Assembly (NCBI GenBank): GCA_963575745.1
Contig: CAUYUJ010000218.1
Coordinates: forward strand, 1 to 64,000
Source of the DNA: Prorocentrum cordatum
Taxonomy: Eukaryota
Direction: 5' to 3'
Length of the DNA stretch: 64,000 nt
Positions 49,048-62,100 of the stretch are shown here, one piece after another (positions within the stretch are counted from its first letter, which is position 1; every line of letters starts with the position of its first letter). The notes beneath the pieces are model-generated. The model was not told the origin of the DNA and ran no database searches. It worked only from the letters and a program-made list of their open reading frames with translations. The position numbers and the translations under genes were made by a program.

Positions 49048-49080
49048 CCTGGGCTGGAGTGGCTTGAGCCGAGATGGCTG
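49048..49080 (-). promoter_or_regulatory. Relict dinoflagellate spliced leader(s) and probable trans-splice acceptor of the UBL-eL37 gene
   Basis: Minus strand reads CAGCCATCTCGGCTCAAG versus DinoSL TAGCCATTTTGGCTCAAG (15/18). It is followed by CCACTCCAGCCCAGG (9/15, all mismatches transitions) and preceded by a CT-rich tract and CAG repeats. Confidence 0.8.
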
Positions 49081-49753
49081 CTGCTGCGGAGGAGGAGGAG
49101 GAGGAGGAGGGAGAAGGAGGAGGGAGAAGGATGGAGGAGGATGACGAAGAGGAGGAGGTAGGGAGGAGGACGGGGGGAAGGACGGCGAGGAGGAGGAGGA
49201 GGAAGAGGAGGCGGAGGATGAGGAGGAGGAAGAGGAGGAAGAGGAGCAAGAAGAGGACCAGGAGGGGATGAGGCGGGGCGAGGAGGAGGAGGAGCAGGAG
49301 CAGGAGGAGGAGGAGGAGCGCACGGCTTAGACACAGGACGCATACCATATAGGACTAGCGAGACTGCCATAGAGCCAATTTTCTCGGCGTGCCGCCTGGC
49401 CCCGATCATGCCACGACGAACGTTCATTTTACTAGAGGCGCGAAGGGATTACTGCTGGGCCCCAACTACAGGACGACAGACAGCGTGTGGCAAGACCATA
49501 CCAGGAGGCCGCAGCAGCACTCGCGAGAACCACGCCGCTGGCCCCGCTCTCGCCGGATGCCATCGGGCCCTTCCTTCGTGGAGGATGAGGGGCGACCACT
49601 GGAATGTCCCATGGCAGGACGCGGAGCACGGTGGCCACCTCGCTTCGCGCGATCGCCAAGGCCTTCACGGACCCCGAAGGCTTCCGAGGGCTTCCCAGGG
49701 CCTCCGAGGGTCTCCGGGGTCACCAAACCGATACGACGAAAAGACGGCGACGA

Positions 49754-49784
<31 letters not shown>

Positions 49785-49913
49785 GAAGACGACGGACGAC
49801 GGACAACGGCGAGGACGACGGGCGACGGCGAGGACGACGGACGACGACGATGACGTCGACGACGGACGACGGACGACGGACGACGGACGACGGACGACGG
49901 ACGACGGACGACG

Positions 49914-49979
<66 letters not shown>

Positions 49980-49986
49980 AGCAGTG

Positions 49987-50017
<31 letters not shown>

Positions 50018-52026
50018 GGCGACGACGACGACGACGGAAGACGACGGAAGACGACGGACGACGACGATGACGTCGACGACGGACGACAGACGACGGACGA
50101 CGGACGACGGACGACGGACGACGGACGACGACGGCGGCGACGGCGGCGGCGTCGAACGACGATGGAGGAGACGACAGCGGAGATGCGCCGCGCAAGCTTT
50201 CGATCCTCTGGGGACGTGGGCGGCGCTGAGTGCCCGCTGGGGGGGTGTTCCGCTTTTTGTTGCCTTTTCGACCCGGGCGTCTCTCCCCCGTCTCGGCCGC
50301 CGGGGCCCTTGTTCGGGCCCGTGGACGACCAACAAAAGAGGACTGGGGACGCAAAACCGCCCCCAGGGAGCGGGCGGCGGCGGGCCCGCGCCGACCCCAG
50401 CGCTGGCCCTCAGAGCGATGGCCCATGTGAACGGCCACTGTCCCTTTGCAACGGCCGCCTCAGGACAAAGACGCGAGGAGGAGGAGGAGGACGAGAAGAA
50501 GAGACGCGCCCGCCCTCGGGGATGGCGGAAGAGCTCGGAGCGGGCAGCCAGCGCTCAGCGCACCGCCGCCCCTGGCGCCGACGCCCTCCTCAGAGGCTTC
50601 GCCGGAGGGGTCTCACCACCTCCTCTGGTGCCTCCGAGGGCCTGGTGTTCGGCCTGGTCGCTGCTCCTCGAGGCGGTGCCTCGAGGATGCCCCTCGCATT
50701 GCTTCTTGCGGATGCTCCCTCCTGATCTTTGCGAGCCCTGTGGGCTGCTTCGCTGGGTTATCGTTTCCCTTATTTTGTCAGAGTTTTTGTTTCCGGCAAA
50801 GCAACTCACACCGACCCAATGGCTTCCTCACCGTGCCCGTGAAGTGGACCGCGAGGCCCCGCCCGAACAGACTCTCGCTCCCGCATGTCGGCCACGCTCG
50901 TTTCTCTTGTTTTGTCAATGTAAGGGGGCCGACCGGTCATCCGCTGTACCTGGGTGGACGGCTGAAGTGGGACTCCGCGGCGCGGATTCTGCTTGCTGCG
51001 TCGCGTTGCGTCGCTGACGTCGTCCCACCCGCGACCCACCCGCGACCGACCCACACTGCTTTGACAAAACAAAACAAAAAATCGGCGCCTGCGGCGGGCT
51101 CGTTCTGTGCGTTGTAAAAACTAGGCGCCTGAGGCGAGCTTCCTCAGAGCCTCGCAGACTGTCGACGACTCCGCCGCCCCCTCACTATTTTCCGCACCTG
51201 CGGGGGCTATGGGTTATGTGCCTCCAGTCCGTCTCTTGGCATCCATTAAAATTGCCTTGAACGTGCCGATGGCCTGCCTTGAGGTTGTCTCTGGCTTGCC
51301 TTGAGCGTGGTAGGAGCTTGATTACACTGGCCTTTCGCTTATACTTGGTCAGCCTATGATTACCACATTCAGCTAAGCCTGCCTTCGGTTCGCCATTGGT
51401 TTTCATCTGTATCGCCTGAAAATCTACTCTCGCTTGCCTGAGCATCGCCATGCAGTGAGCCATTCGAATCCCTTCGGTTTGTCTGTAGATGTCCTCTGGT
51501 TTGCATCTCGCTTGCCGTTGACGTCATACGAGCGCACGGCTCGCTGCTCTGATTTTGCCCCCCCCCCCCAGGCTGCTGGCATATTGGCATCCGAATGTCT
51601 CTAGTTTGCCTTCTGGCTGTCCGTCACACAGTCTGCAGCTTTCACTTAACTTGCGTTTAGCTTGTTCCTGCTTGTACTCAAGTTGTGTGTTTGCTTGCCT
51701 TCAATTCGCCTGCGATTCTTGTTTAGCTAGAGGGAGGGGCGCAGTGGAGGCGGGCACACCCGACGCGTCAACGCTTCAAGTGGATGCCTCTCTGTCCTCT
51801 GCTGCAAGGCGCCTTGCTCGCAGAAGGTCGAACCCTGCGGACCAGGGAGCAGGAGGAGGAGAGCGCATCATCACTGGTCCCAGTGATCGCAAAGGAAAGA
51901 AGCTATCCCACGATTCTCCGGGCATCCCACTTGGAGCAATGGCACGATCCGCCATGTATGTCACACCTGCCCGCGCGTCGACAAATAAGCGCTGCGTGAG
52001 CCAACGCCCAGATCGTGCCAATAGCC

Positions 52027-53199
52027 TCAGGGGCGCGACTGTCCTGCGGGCACCAACGTCCAATTTACTTCAGCAATACTGAACCAGCGTAGCAATGACA
52101 AACGAATGAAAGCCCAGCGGTCCTTGACGTAAAAGGGCACCACGATCAATCGTATTCCAGCGGCTGCACACAAGGATGTCTTTCGGTGGTCCCGTAAGCA
52201 TTGTTGATCGAATGCATCGCTGTTCCTGCGGAGATTCCAGAAAGACTGCGGGTCATAATGTTGCTCGCCGTTGTATTCGAAAGCAATGCTTAGCTTTTGG
52301 CAGTAACCGTCAAGTTCCAATGGAACGCCGCGCAGCCCCTTGAGAAACAATGGCCGACAACGCGGGAACGAATGTCCCACAAATATGGTTTCTAAGATGA
52401 TCCTGACCTCACGCTCACTTCTGCCACTCTGGCACACGGGGCACCATGAACCTCCATGTTTTACTGCTGTCAGTGACGTGTTCCACTCATGTCCTTCAGA
52501 ACACATCCATCGCAGATGGCTGTGGCTGTTTGTGTAATAGGAAGACAAGCACGCCCCTCCTCTTCGAACAGCCTCAGCTTTAGCGTCTTCGATTGATAAG
52601 CGTCTCCGCGCTACAGAACATGATGGGCACCAAGTACCTTTGAGAACGTTGTTCAATCGGGCATGCCACTGGTGTCCTTTCCCACACTTCCATGTTACAA
52701 CGAGTCCGCTTCGGCAAGCGATGCCCAAGCACTGGCCACCGCGAGACGTTGCCACATGTGTTGCAAGCTGCAGAAACTGAACGTCCTTGGAAGCTCGAAC
52801 ACACGAAGGGCACCATTTCCCTTCTGATCTCACGCCGCCGAGCCGCATCCAAAAAGTGTGACCATGTTCGCATTGCCATTGCAACGCTGACCTAGAATCG
52901 TTGTACCGAGTAGAGAGGCACAGCCCTCCTCTTGCCACGGCCGCCCTTATTGCATCATCGAGGGTAGGTCGAGCGTTTTTTGCGCAGTGCGGGCACCAAC
53001 TGTTTCCGTTGCGAATCGAATGCAGCGTCGCGCTCCATTGATGACCCTTCGAACACTGCCACTTCAGAGGTACCATGCAATCCTGGTAGGATCTGGACAA
53101 GCACTGACCACCACGGGACACTGCGGCCTGCCTCGCTGCGAGGAGGCCAAGTTTGGGACGACCTGCCCGACGCAAGGCAGGTACTTCCTGCATGTGCAA
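52027..53199 (-). CDS. Intronless zinc-ribbon-repeat protein with C-terminal Vsr/DUF559/EDxHD-like endonuclease domain (390 aa)
   Basis: Four ~62-aa repeats RGGxCL...W.C..GH.[WF]...WCP.C, followed by SEREVR...LELDGY...IAFEYNGEQHY...RDHRK...GIRLIVVPF. Uninterrupted, with visibly lower GC than the flanks and no microsatellites. Confidence 0.88.
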   Translation of the reverse strand: MHMQEVPALRRAGRPKLGLLAARQAAVSRGGQCLSRSYQDCMVPLKWQCSKGHQWSATLHSIRNGNSWCPHCAKNARPTLDDAIRAAVARGGLCLSTRYNDSRSALQWQCEHGHTFWMRLGGVRSEGKWCPSCVRASKDVQFLQLATHVATSRGGQCLGIACRSGLVVTWKCGKGHQWHARLNNVLKGTWCPSCSVARRRLSIEDAKAEAVRRGGACLSSYYTNSHSHLRWMCSEGHEWNTSLTAVKHGGSWCPVCQSGRSEREVRIILETIFVGHSFPRCRPLFLKGLRGVPLELDGYCQKLSIAFEYNGEQHYDPQSFWNLRRNSDAFDQQCLRDHRKTSLCAAAGIRLIVVPFYVKDRWAFIRLSLLRWFSIAEVNWTLVPAGQSRP

Positions 53200-53277
53200 T
53201 ACGCAAGCCTGCCCATACTGCGCCGACGACCTAACAAACGGATGACACCGGAGAAAAAACCCAAACAGATTTTTGTT

Positions 53278-53680
53278 GGGGCTATGGGGCTGTAGGGCTA
53301 TAAAGCTATAAGGTTATGAGGCTATAGGGCTATAGGGCTATTGGGCAATTGGGCTATTGGGTTATAAGGCTATAGGGCTATAAGGCTGTGGAGCTATAGG
53401 GCTATAGGGCTATAAGGCTATGGGGCTATCGGGCTATAGGGCTATAGGGCTATTGGGCTATAGGGCTATAGGGCTATAGGGCTGTAGGGCTATGGGGCTA
53501 TAAAACTATAGGTAGGGCTGTAGGGCTATTGGGCTATATGCTATTGGGCTATTGGGCACCCCGGGCACCCGGGCACCTGGGCACCCGGGCCCGGCCACCG
53601 AAATCGGCCACGCACCTCACCGGCCACCTGGGCACCCGGGCACCGCCGGGCACCCGGGCATCTGGGCACCCGGGCCCGGC
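53278..53680 (+). repeat. (GGGCTATA)n followed by (GGGCACCC)n 8-bp tandem arrays
   Basis: Directly visible, with the switch at ~53555. Confidence 0.9.
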
Positions 53681-55100
53681 CACCGAAATCGGCGACCCAC
53701 CTCACCTAAACCTTCAATCCGCTAGGACCCCTCAGAGGCAAGCTCTGATTGGGGAACGTGAAGTTCTGTGGCAGGATGCCGGAACACGAAGACCAAAGAG
53801 AACAAGCTTTTCGCTGGCAGAGCGGACTGAGCCAAATGGGCCACGGAGGCAGCAAGAGGGTGACGAGGAGGACACCAGAGCTCCTAAGATCCCCCCCTGG
53901 AAAGTCCTCAAACCACCTGGCCGACTCTTGAAACCCTATCCAAAAATGCTGACGTCTTCTTTCTTTTGGCGAGAATTAATGGGGGGGCGATAAATGGGAG
54001 GGGGACGATAAGGTGCCCTTTTCGGGCCCTAAAAGAACCCTTGAGGGGCCCTTAAGTGCCCCTTTTCGGCAGCCCCCGCTGCCCCCAAATTAACCGCCCT
54101 CCCATTACACGTCCTCCGATGTTTCTTTTGCTACTTTCCGCCGGCCATCGGCAGCTTCCGCTGGCGGAGCCGCCGCGGCATTACTTTCGGTGGCTTCCGC
54201 CGTGGGCGATGCCTTCTTATGGAACGCCTCCCAAATATATGCCATCAGCCAAGAGGGGTTCCGCGCTCGTCCGCGGCACGCGCGGCGGCCAGCACGGGCG
54301 CAGTGCGCACATCTCGGACGAGACCAAAGCCGATCCCACGAGTACCGCCGATGAGATAGGCTCGCTCACCCTCGGTCGTACTCCTCCTCCTCCTCCTCCT
54401 CCTCCTCCTTCTTCTCGTTCCTCCTTCTCCTCCTGAATACTGGGTACTGGTGGCTCTTGGGTCATCCGACGCAACCATGACCCCCAAAGGGGTACGGTCG
54501 GACGCATGACAGAAGAACATCCTGCAAGAACAGGAGATCCTTCGTAGGCCGAACTGAAGAATATTCGAAAGTACCCTCCGCCAGGATGCACAAGAACATC
54601 CAACAAACACGGAGAACATTAGGGCACCCTCCCCGAACTGACCTCGATCTGTTACCCCGGCCCGACCGTATTTGCCCCTGTGGGGGGAACAAGCTAGGCA
54701 TCTGCAGAGCAAATAGCATTGGGGGGGAAGCGACTGGCAGACCCCCCAGGGGAGGGGCTCCAAATCCCCCTACACCCTGAGGGGGGAAGGATGGGGGGGG
54801 GGGCGGGGGGGGGCACACAAAAAGGCTTCTAAACACAAAAAGAGGCAGGGAAGAGTTGGGGAAAACAGCGGCGTTGACGAGGTTGGGCGCGGCAGCTTGG
54901 TGTGTGGATGTGGCCACTGTCGCCCAAAGTTGGATGGCGCAAAAGCCTCATAATCAGCAGCATCTTCATAATCAACACCATCAGCCACTATCAGCATCAC
55001 CAGCCACCATCATCACCAGCAGCATCAGCATCAGCGGCATCATGATCAGCATTATCAGCAGCTTTGTCATCATCATCACCACCATCACCATCACCATCAC

Positions 55101-55132
<32 letters not shown>

Positions 55133-56759
55133 GCAGCATCCTCATCATCAGCATCCGCATCATCACCATCACCATCACCACCACCTCCATCATCATCATC
55201 AGCAGCAGCATCATCATCATCATCATCATCATCATCAGCAGCATCAGCATCAGCATCAGCATCAGCATCAGCATCACCATCATCAGCATCAGCATCATCA
55301 TCAGCATCAGCATCATCATCAGCATCAGCATCGGCATCAGCATCATCACCATCATCATCATCACCATCCTCATCCTCATCCTCCTCATCATCATGATCAT
55401 CATCGTCATCACCATCATCGTCGCCATTGCCACTCTCATCGCACTAGTCCTCCGCCTCCTCGACCTCCACCACCGCATCCGCCTCCTCCTCATTCTCCTT
55501 CTCCCCTGCACCCTCCGCCCTCCAGTCTTTAACCTTGTGCCCCCCTCCTCCCCCCAACTTTCCCTCTCCCCCTCCTCCGCCGCTCCTCCGCCCGAACGCT
55601 CCTCGTGGCAACGGCGCGCCCCGCGGCCGCCCAGAAGGCCTGAGGAGGAGGCCGTTCGCCTCCGCGGTGTGCAGATTCTGGCCGAAGCCGCCTGGCATTG
55701 CCGCCGCCCGCCGTCGCCGCCATCGTCGCAAGGAGGGGGGGCGGAGCGAGGAAGGAAGTGGAGGGGAGGGGGCAGGGGGGAGGGGGCGAGGGAGGGGAAG
55801 GGAGAAGGGAAAGGGGGGGAGGGGGAGGGAGCAATGGGGGCGAGGGGGCGAGGGACGGGCGAGAGGAGAGGATGGTGCGGTGGAAGGAGGGACGGGGAAG
55901 GGGAAGAGGGAGAGGGGAGGGGAAGGAGAGGGGGCGAGGGACGGGGAAAGGGAGGAGGGAGAGGACGGGAGAAAAAGCTGGGTGCGCTCGCGCCACATCT
56001 GACATCCGACCCCTCCCTCACGTCCCTTATCAGTGCAACGTGTGTCATCGCGGACCTGGAACACCCAAAAGGACCCTCATCGTGTTACGCGCAGTCGTAA
56101 TAAGGGAGCTGTGCACATTGGAGGAGGAGAGGAACAAGAAGAAGAAGAATAATAGTAAGAAGAAGAAGAAGGTGGCGGATGCGCAGGAGGATGAGCAGGA
56201 GAAACATTATGATAAGCATGAGGAAGGATGAGGACGAGGAGGAACTGCACCAGAAGGAGCAGGAGAAACGCGAGGAGCGGGAGGAGCAGGAGGACCAGGG
56301 GCAGGCGGGGGAAGGGAAATGAAGGGGGCGACCGTGCCGAGGAATCACTCGGATCCAGAAATGTGGCCCGGCACGGCAAATCGCCGATCCTAGAATGAAG
56401 CTAGCGCTGCAGCGGGAGCGCGGGAGAGATGAAGGGGAATTTTATAGTTGCATTTTACTAAACTCATATTGTCGTAATACTCATCATATGTACTCATGTT
56501 GTGTAACCGTCGCCTCTGTAATACTCATACTGTGTAGTTGTGCAAGGGGCGGGAGTGCCAGCGGGAGGGGGTGGACGGGACGGGGGCGAGGGGAAGAGCG
56601 GGTGGAGGAGGCCCTGAGAGGCCCTCAGGCCCACGAGATGCGCCCACGAGCCCTCAAAGAGGCCTCTGAGCAACCTCCAAGGCTTCCCAAAGAAAACGGA
56701 GAGAACGCGTTTCGTGAACGCTCGCCTGGGAAACATTCCGCGACACGCCAGAACTGGCT

Positions 56760-57242
56760 CCAATGGGATCCCACTAAAACTCGATCCGACTCTAACAGAA
56801 TCCTACGAAAAGCTGTCCAGCTCTAATCGAATATTACTAGGACTGGATCGTGCTCTAAACCTACCAGGGTTCGATCCAGCTCTGACACAATCCTACTTAG
56901 CTTCGGTCCAGCTCGAATGGAATCTTACGAGGGCTGAATCCTGCTCTAGTCCTGCCAGGGCTCGATCCAGCTCCAATGGAAGCCCACAATGATCGATCCA
57001 ATTTGTACAACATTCTAGTAGGGCTGGATCCAGTTCTACTGGGACCATTCTTAGGCTGGATTATTCACTTGCCGAACTTGAAGTGGTCAACTCCACTGAT
57101 CGCGCAATCATCCCACCCACCCACCCGCAACTTGGTTTGCAAAACCCATGCGGGACTGAGCACAGATATCGCTCAAGGGTCGTCTTGGAGCCCTCGGGGG
57201 CGTCTCAAGAGCGCCCCAAGAAGGCCGGAGAAGCAAGACGGC

Positions 57243-57275
<33 letters not shown>

Positions 57276-57770
57276 CGGCGACGACGACGACGCCGACGTC
57301 GACGACGACGAAGACGACGACGCCCACGCCGACGACGACGACGAAGACGACCACGACATCGCCAACGAAGACGACGACGAGGGAGGAGGGAGGACGACGA
57401 CGGCGACAATGACGACAACGACGACAACGACGACAACGAGGGAGGAGGGAGGACGGCGACGACGCGAACGACGAAGGAGGAAGGACGGCGACGCCGACGA
57501 CGACAACGACGAGGGAGGAGGGACGACGACGACGAGACGACGACGAGACGACGACGACGACAACGACGACGATGACGGCGACGAAATAGGAGGGACGACG
57601 ACGAGACGCCGACGACGGACGACGACGACGACGAGGGAGGAGGAGGAAGGACGACCACGGCGACAACGACGACGGAAACGACCACGACGCCAAAGAGGAC
57701 GACGACGACGAACACGAGGAAAGACACAGGACGACGTAGGCGACGACGACGACGACGCGGGAGGAGGGAG

Positions 57771-57804
<34 letters not shown>

Positions 57805-59165
57805 CCGCAAGAGCGCGCGCGCACGCTTTTGTTGAAAATCCGTGTTGCGAAACCTTGTGTTTTTGTAGGTTTTTTGGACGCGAGATTTTGAAATCCTTCC
57901 GAAACCGATGGGTTTTGAAGGATTTCGGCGTACGCGCGCGACGACGCGCGCGTCTGCACTTCGTCCCATTTCTTGCAGAGGATTCTCGCGACGGCACACG
58001 CGCAAGGGCGTTCGACAGATTTCGACATGCGCGCGCGCGACGCCCGTTTGGTAGCATTTTGTGACAATCTTGAAACAGCAAAATGGTTTTCTTTAGATTT
58101 CGCAAGAGCTCGCGCGTAAGCTTTTCTAGCAAATCAATATTACGAACCCCTGTGTTTTTGTATGTGTTTTGGAAACTCGATTGCGAAATCCTTCCGGCAC
58201 CGAAGGTTTTTGACGGATTTCGGCATGCGCGCGCGACGACGCACGCGTGCGCACTTCGTCCCAATGTTTGCAAGGGATTCGCGAAAAAGTGTTATGTTAG
58301 AACAAGCAAATGTCACCGCATAGTGTTTTTTTTTACCAGGGAACCTCAGGGGGAGATACTGGTTGGCCTGGGACATTGTGATTTCATATTTAGGATGGAC
58401 ACGTGGTCATAATCATATGTGATGTACATACCCGAAAGGGGGGGCGATAACGCCGGGGGGGGGGGTAGAGTCTATTCTCTTTTTAGAAAAGAGAATCGAG
58501 CTCTAATGGAATCCTCCTTGGGCTCGATCCAGCCCTGGTGGAATCCGATTACGGCTCGTTCCAGATCTGAGAGAATCCTACGAGGGCTCGAAACAGCTCG
58601 AACAGAATCTTACTCAGGCGCGATCCAGCTTTGGTCGAATCCTACTCGGGCTCTATCTAGCTCGAATGGAAGCTCACTGGGGCTGGATCGAGCTTTGATG
58701 GAATCCTATGGAATGCTACTTTGGCTCGGCCTAACCCTATAAAGTCTTGTTCGGGCTCGATCCAATAAAATCCTGCTGGGGGTCGATCCAGCACGAATAG
58801 AACCCTACTGAGGGCGGATCCACCCTTAATCACATCCTACTAGGTTTCGACCCCACCCTTATGGATCCTACCAAGGTTGAGCCCAGGTTTTGTAGCATTT
58901 CACGAGGGATGGACCCAACTCTAATACAATCAATCCTACAAAGGACCGGCCCAGCCCTCGTAGCACCCTGCTAGGTCTGGATCCAGATCTAAAAGAATCT
59001 ACCCGGGCTCGATCCAGCAGAATCCTACTCGGGCTCGATACAGCTCTCATTCATTTAATCCTACTAGGGCTGGGTTCCAGCCAAAGAGAATTCTACTAGG
59101 ATTCGATTCAGATCTAATGAAATCCCTCTAGGGGCCGATCCATCTCTAACAGAATCCTACTAGGG
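56760..59165 (+). repeat. Degenerate ~31-bp satellite (GGGCTCGATCCAGCTCTAATGGAATCCTACT-like) in two blocks, 56760-57060 and 58496-59165
   Basis: Repeating GGCTCGATCCAG...AATCCTAC units. Confidence 0.8.
57061..58495 (-). mobile_element. 1.43-kb non-autonomous insertion into a satellite, Helitron/Helentron-like
   Basis: Removing it restores the satellite unit GGCTGGA|TCGAGCTCTAATGG. It has a terminal hairpin ATTCTCTTTT-TAG-AAAAGAGAAT, and its ends resemble those of the 11350-13570 units. Confidence 0.5.
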
Positions 59166-62100
59166 CTCCGTCGTCGTCGCAGTCGTCGTCGTCGTCGCTG
59201 CCCGACGCCGCCGGCGCCGGCGCTGGCGCTCGCCGTCGTCGTTTGCCACTGGCGGGTGGGGGGTAAGCGGTTCGAACCCCCCCCCCCCGCCTGAACAATT
59301 CAGGGGGGTGGGGCGCTCGGTTCGGGATCGCCCCCCCCTTTGGGGGGAGTGGTGCCCCCCGCCCCCGGTTCGAACCCTCCTCGCTTGGAGTCCTGGACCT
59401 CCTCGAAATCACGACGGGAGGTTCGGCCTTTGGGGGCCCTCGCTGGGCCTCGGGACCGTCAAAAAACGACTCAGGATGGAAAACCGGTCCCGGGGAAGGG
59501 GTCCAGACCTCTGGGAGTCGACGTTGTGAAAAAATCACGACGTCGGGGGTCTGGGATTCAGGGGGGGGCACCCACTCGGTTCGAACCCCCCTTCCCATTC
59601 CCAGCGTCCTCAGAACGCGCTCTGTCGAACAACGCGACACCAATGCACCGATACCGCCGCGTCGTGGCGGTGTTTCCCAACTGCCCAGAAGAGATCGAGC
59701 TTGTCCAGGAGAGATCGGCAAAACCGTCCCCGATGCCATGCGGGCACGGCGGCGGGGCTTGCCGCAAAAAGCTCGTCCGGGGACCAGATTGGGCCGCGGT
59801 GTTCGAGGAGCCCGAGGACGAACCGAAGAAATGTGCAAGGAACGCGGAGCCACTTTCTGAACCAAGTGCAGACGCGCAGTGCAAGTGGCACCTCGAAGCT
59901 ACCCCATCCCCCTGGGACAACTAGAAACGAATGCCGCCCACGTGGTCCAAGCAGCCTTCCCTCTGCCACTGCCCAAGAAATGTAGTAGGGATTGCAGCTA
60001 ATTGAACATGCAATACCCCTGGAAGTCCATGATAAAACATGCTGAAGCAATGGCAGCGCGCCAAGCCCGATAGCCGATACACTGGGATGCAAGGCCCACG
60101 ACCCCGTGACGCCAGGGCACAATTGCCTTGATGAGCACTGCACCCTTGCTGCTGACCTTGGACTTGGACCACGGGTTGAAGTCTATCAAGACTGGCCGGC
60201 AATGAGACTGACGGTGCCGTTAGCGCAACGGAGAAGAGGCGGACGAGAAGCGCAGACGGAGGCCAGACGGGCGGCCAGGGGTGCTGCGCGCAGACGCAAC
60301 AAGAGGAGCGGAGGCGCCCAAAGACCGGAGCCTTCTCTGTCGCTCTCCCTCGCGTAGCACGACTTCAGCTTCCCCACGAAGCGGATGGTGGGCAGGGCCG
60401 TGGGCCAGTCAGGACCTGAGCCCCCCCCCGGGGATGAGAGACGGCACGAGGCACGCGCCGCCCGGCCTGGGAGCATGTTTCCGCCCTGGCCCTCGGGACA
60501 AAGGTGGCACTGGCGGATGCGTGTCTACAGCTGGACCGAAGCCAGGAGGACATCCCTCGAGAACATGAGACCCTCCGCCGGCCAAAAACACACTCAGAGC
60601 ATCCAAGGGTACCCTCCCCAGGGTGCACGAGAGCATCCAACAGTCACGAAGAGCACGAGCCTACCCTCCCCGAGCCGACCTCGAGCTCATACCTCGGTCC
60701 GACGGTGCGCTTGTGGGCGTCGCGGCCGCGCGCGCAGCGACGCACCGCAGTCGGGCAGCAGAGGGCGGAGGAGCGCGCCGGGACCTCGCGCAGCACTGGG
60801 CGGGGAGCGCAGGGGTTCCACCACGCAGGGAGCCACGCCGTGCGGGCATCCTACGGGGGGCCAGCCGAAGGGGGGGGGGGGCGGGGACGAGCCGGGGGAG
60901 CTGCCAACGGAGCCGGCGGTGGGCAGGGAATGGCCACGCCTCAGTTGGCGTTGCACCGGCTTTTAGACCCTGGATACCTTATGCAAGGATTCCTGATTTG
61001 GCGGCGCGCACAAGGCGGTAGGGGGAGGGGGGAAGGCTTCTTAGAAGAGGCTGGTTCTTAGAAAGCGCCAGCCCTACATTTGTAAAGAAGTCCCGCGCCT
61101 TCTATTCAAGGAGCAAGGGTCCTTCTCTAACTCAGAAGCCTTCCCCCCTCCCCCTGCCCCCCGGCACTGGCGACTGCGACTTGTGGGTCGACCCCGCGGG
61201 CCGCGCCGCGCGCGTCCATATCAGCGTTGACGTTCGGGGGCGAGGGGGCCGGATCAGAACGTGCGCTTGACTTCGAGGAGGGCTGTAGTGGACGGGGCAG
61301 GACACGGGCGTGGATGGTGAGACCAAAAGGTACCGATACTGCCATCCCCCAGACCTCTCCCGGGGTGCGTTCTGAGCAGAATTTCGAGGCGAGTCCAGCG
61401 GTGGCGACGAGAGTCTCCCAGGAGGCCCCAAAAAGGGGGAAACGGGCGAAGGGTAGCGCTATGGGTACCTTATCCTCCGGGCACCAGGCCGGTGCGCCGC
61501 GGAGGGCCGCGGAAGGGCGGAGGCACAGAGTCTGGGCGGGGCAGCAGCAGCGAGAAGGGCGGCCAGCGGCGCCGGTGAAGAGGAGGAGGAGGAGGAGGAG
61601 GAGGAGGAGGAGGAGGAGGAGGAGGACGAGGACGAGGGGGGGGGGGGAAAGGAGGAGGATGGGGAGGAGAAGGAGGAGGAGGAGGAGGAGGAGGGCGAGG
61701 GCCCTTGGCTCCCGATTTCGCAGTGCTCTGGCTGACGTTCCGAGCAAAGGGGGAAGGCGAGAAGGAGAGGGCCTTCTTAGAAGGCGGCGTGACTTCTCAG
61801 AAGCCCTCGCGCCTTCTGAGTAGTTTTCCCTGCGGGTTCGGGGGAGGCTTGCTCAGCGGCGGCGAGCGAGGGGGGGAAAAGAGAAACAACACATTGAGGC
61901 AGCATTTCCCTTCTCCTCTGGTCAGGCAGGCGCCTCCACCAGGAAGAAAACGAGGCAGACGCCGACCCGCCGAATAGATCAACGCCATACACTAGGGATT
62001 ATCTGCGACGAGGCCCTCCTCGAGCAGCACGAACACGAAGACGCCCCGCGGCCTGCACGACCAGCAGAAGGCCTACTCGGAGGGCGGCGGGACTTCTCAG

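Noticed and set aside
53278..53556. (GGGCTATA)n as an interstitial telomere
   Set aside because: The unit differs from the TTTAGGG dinoflagellate telomere repeat.
56760..59165. Regularly spaced ~31-bp repeats resembling a CRISPR array
   Set aside because: Degenerate contiguous satellite with no unique spacers, no cas genes and a eukaryotic context.
59340..60200. ORF fragments possibly from a tyrosine recombinase or other TE
   Set aside because: No catalytic motif could be identified and the frames are interrupted.
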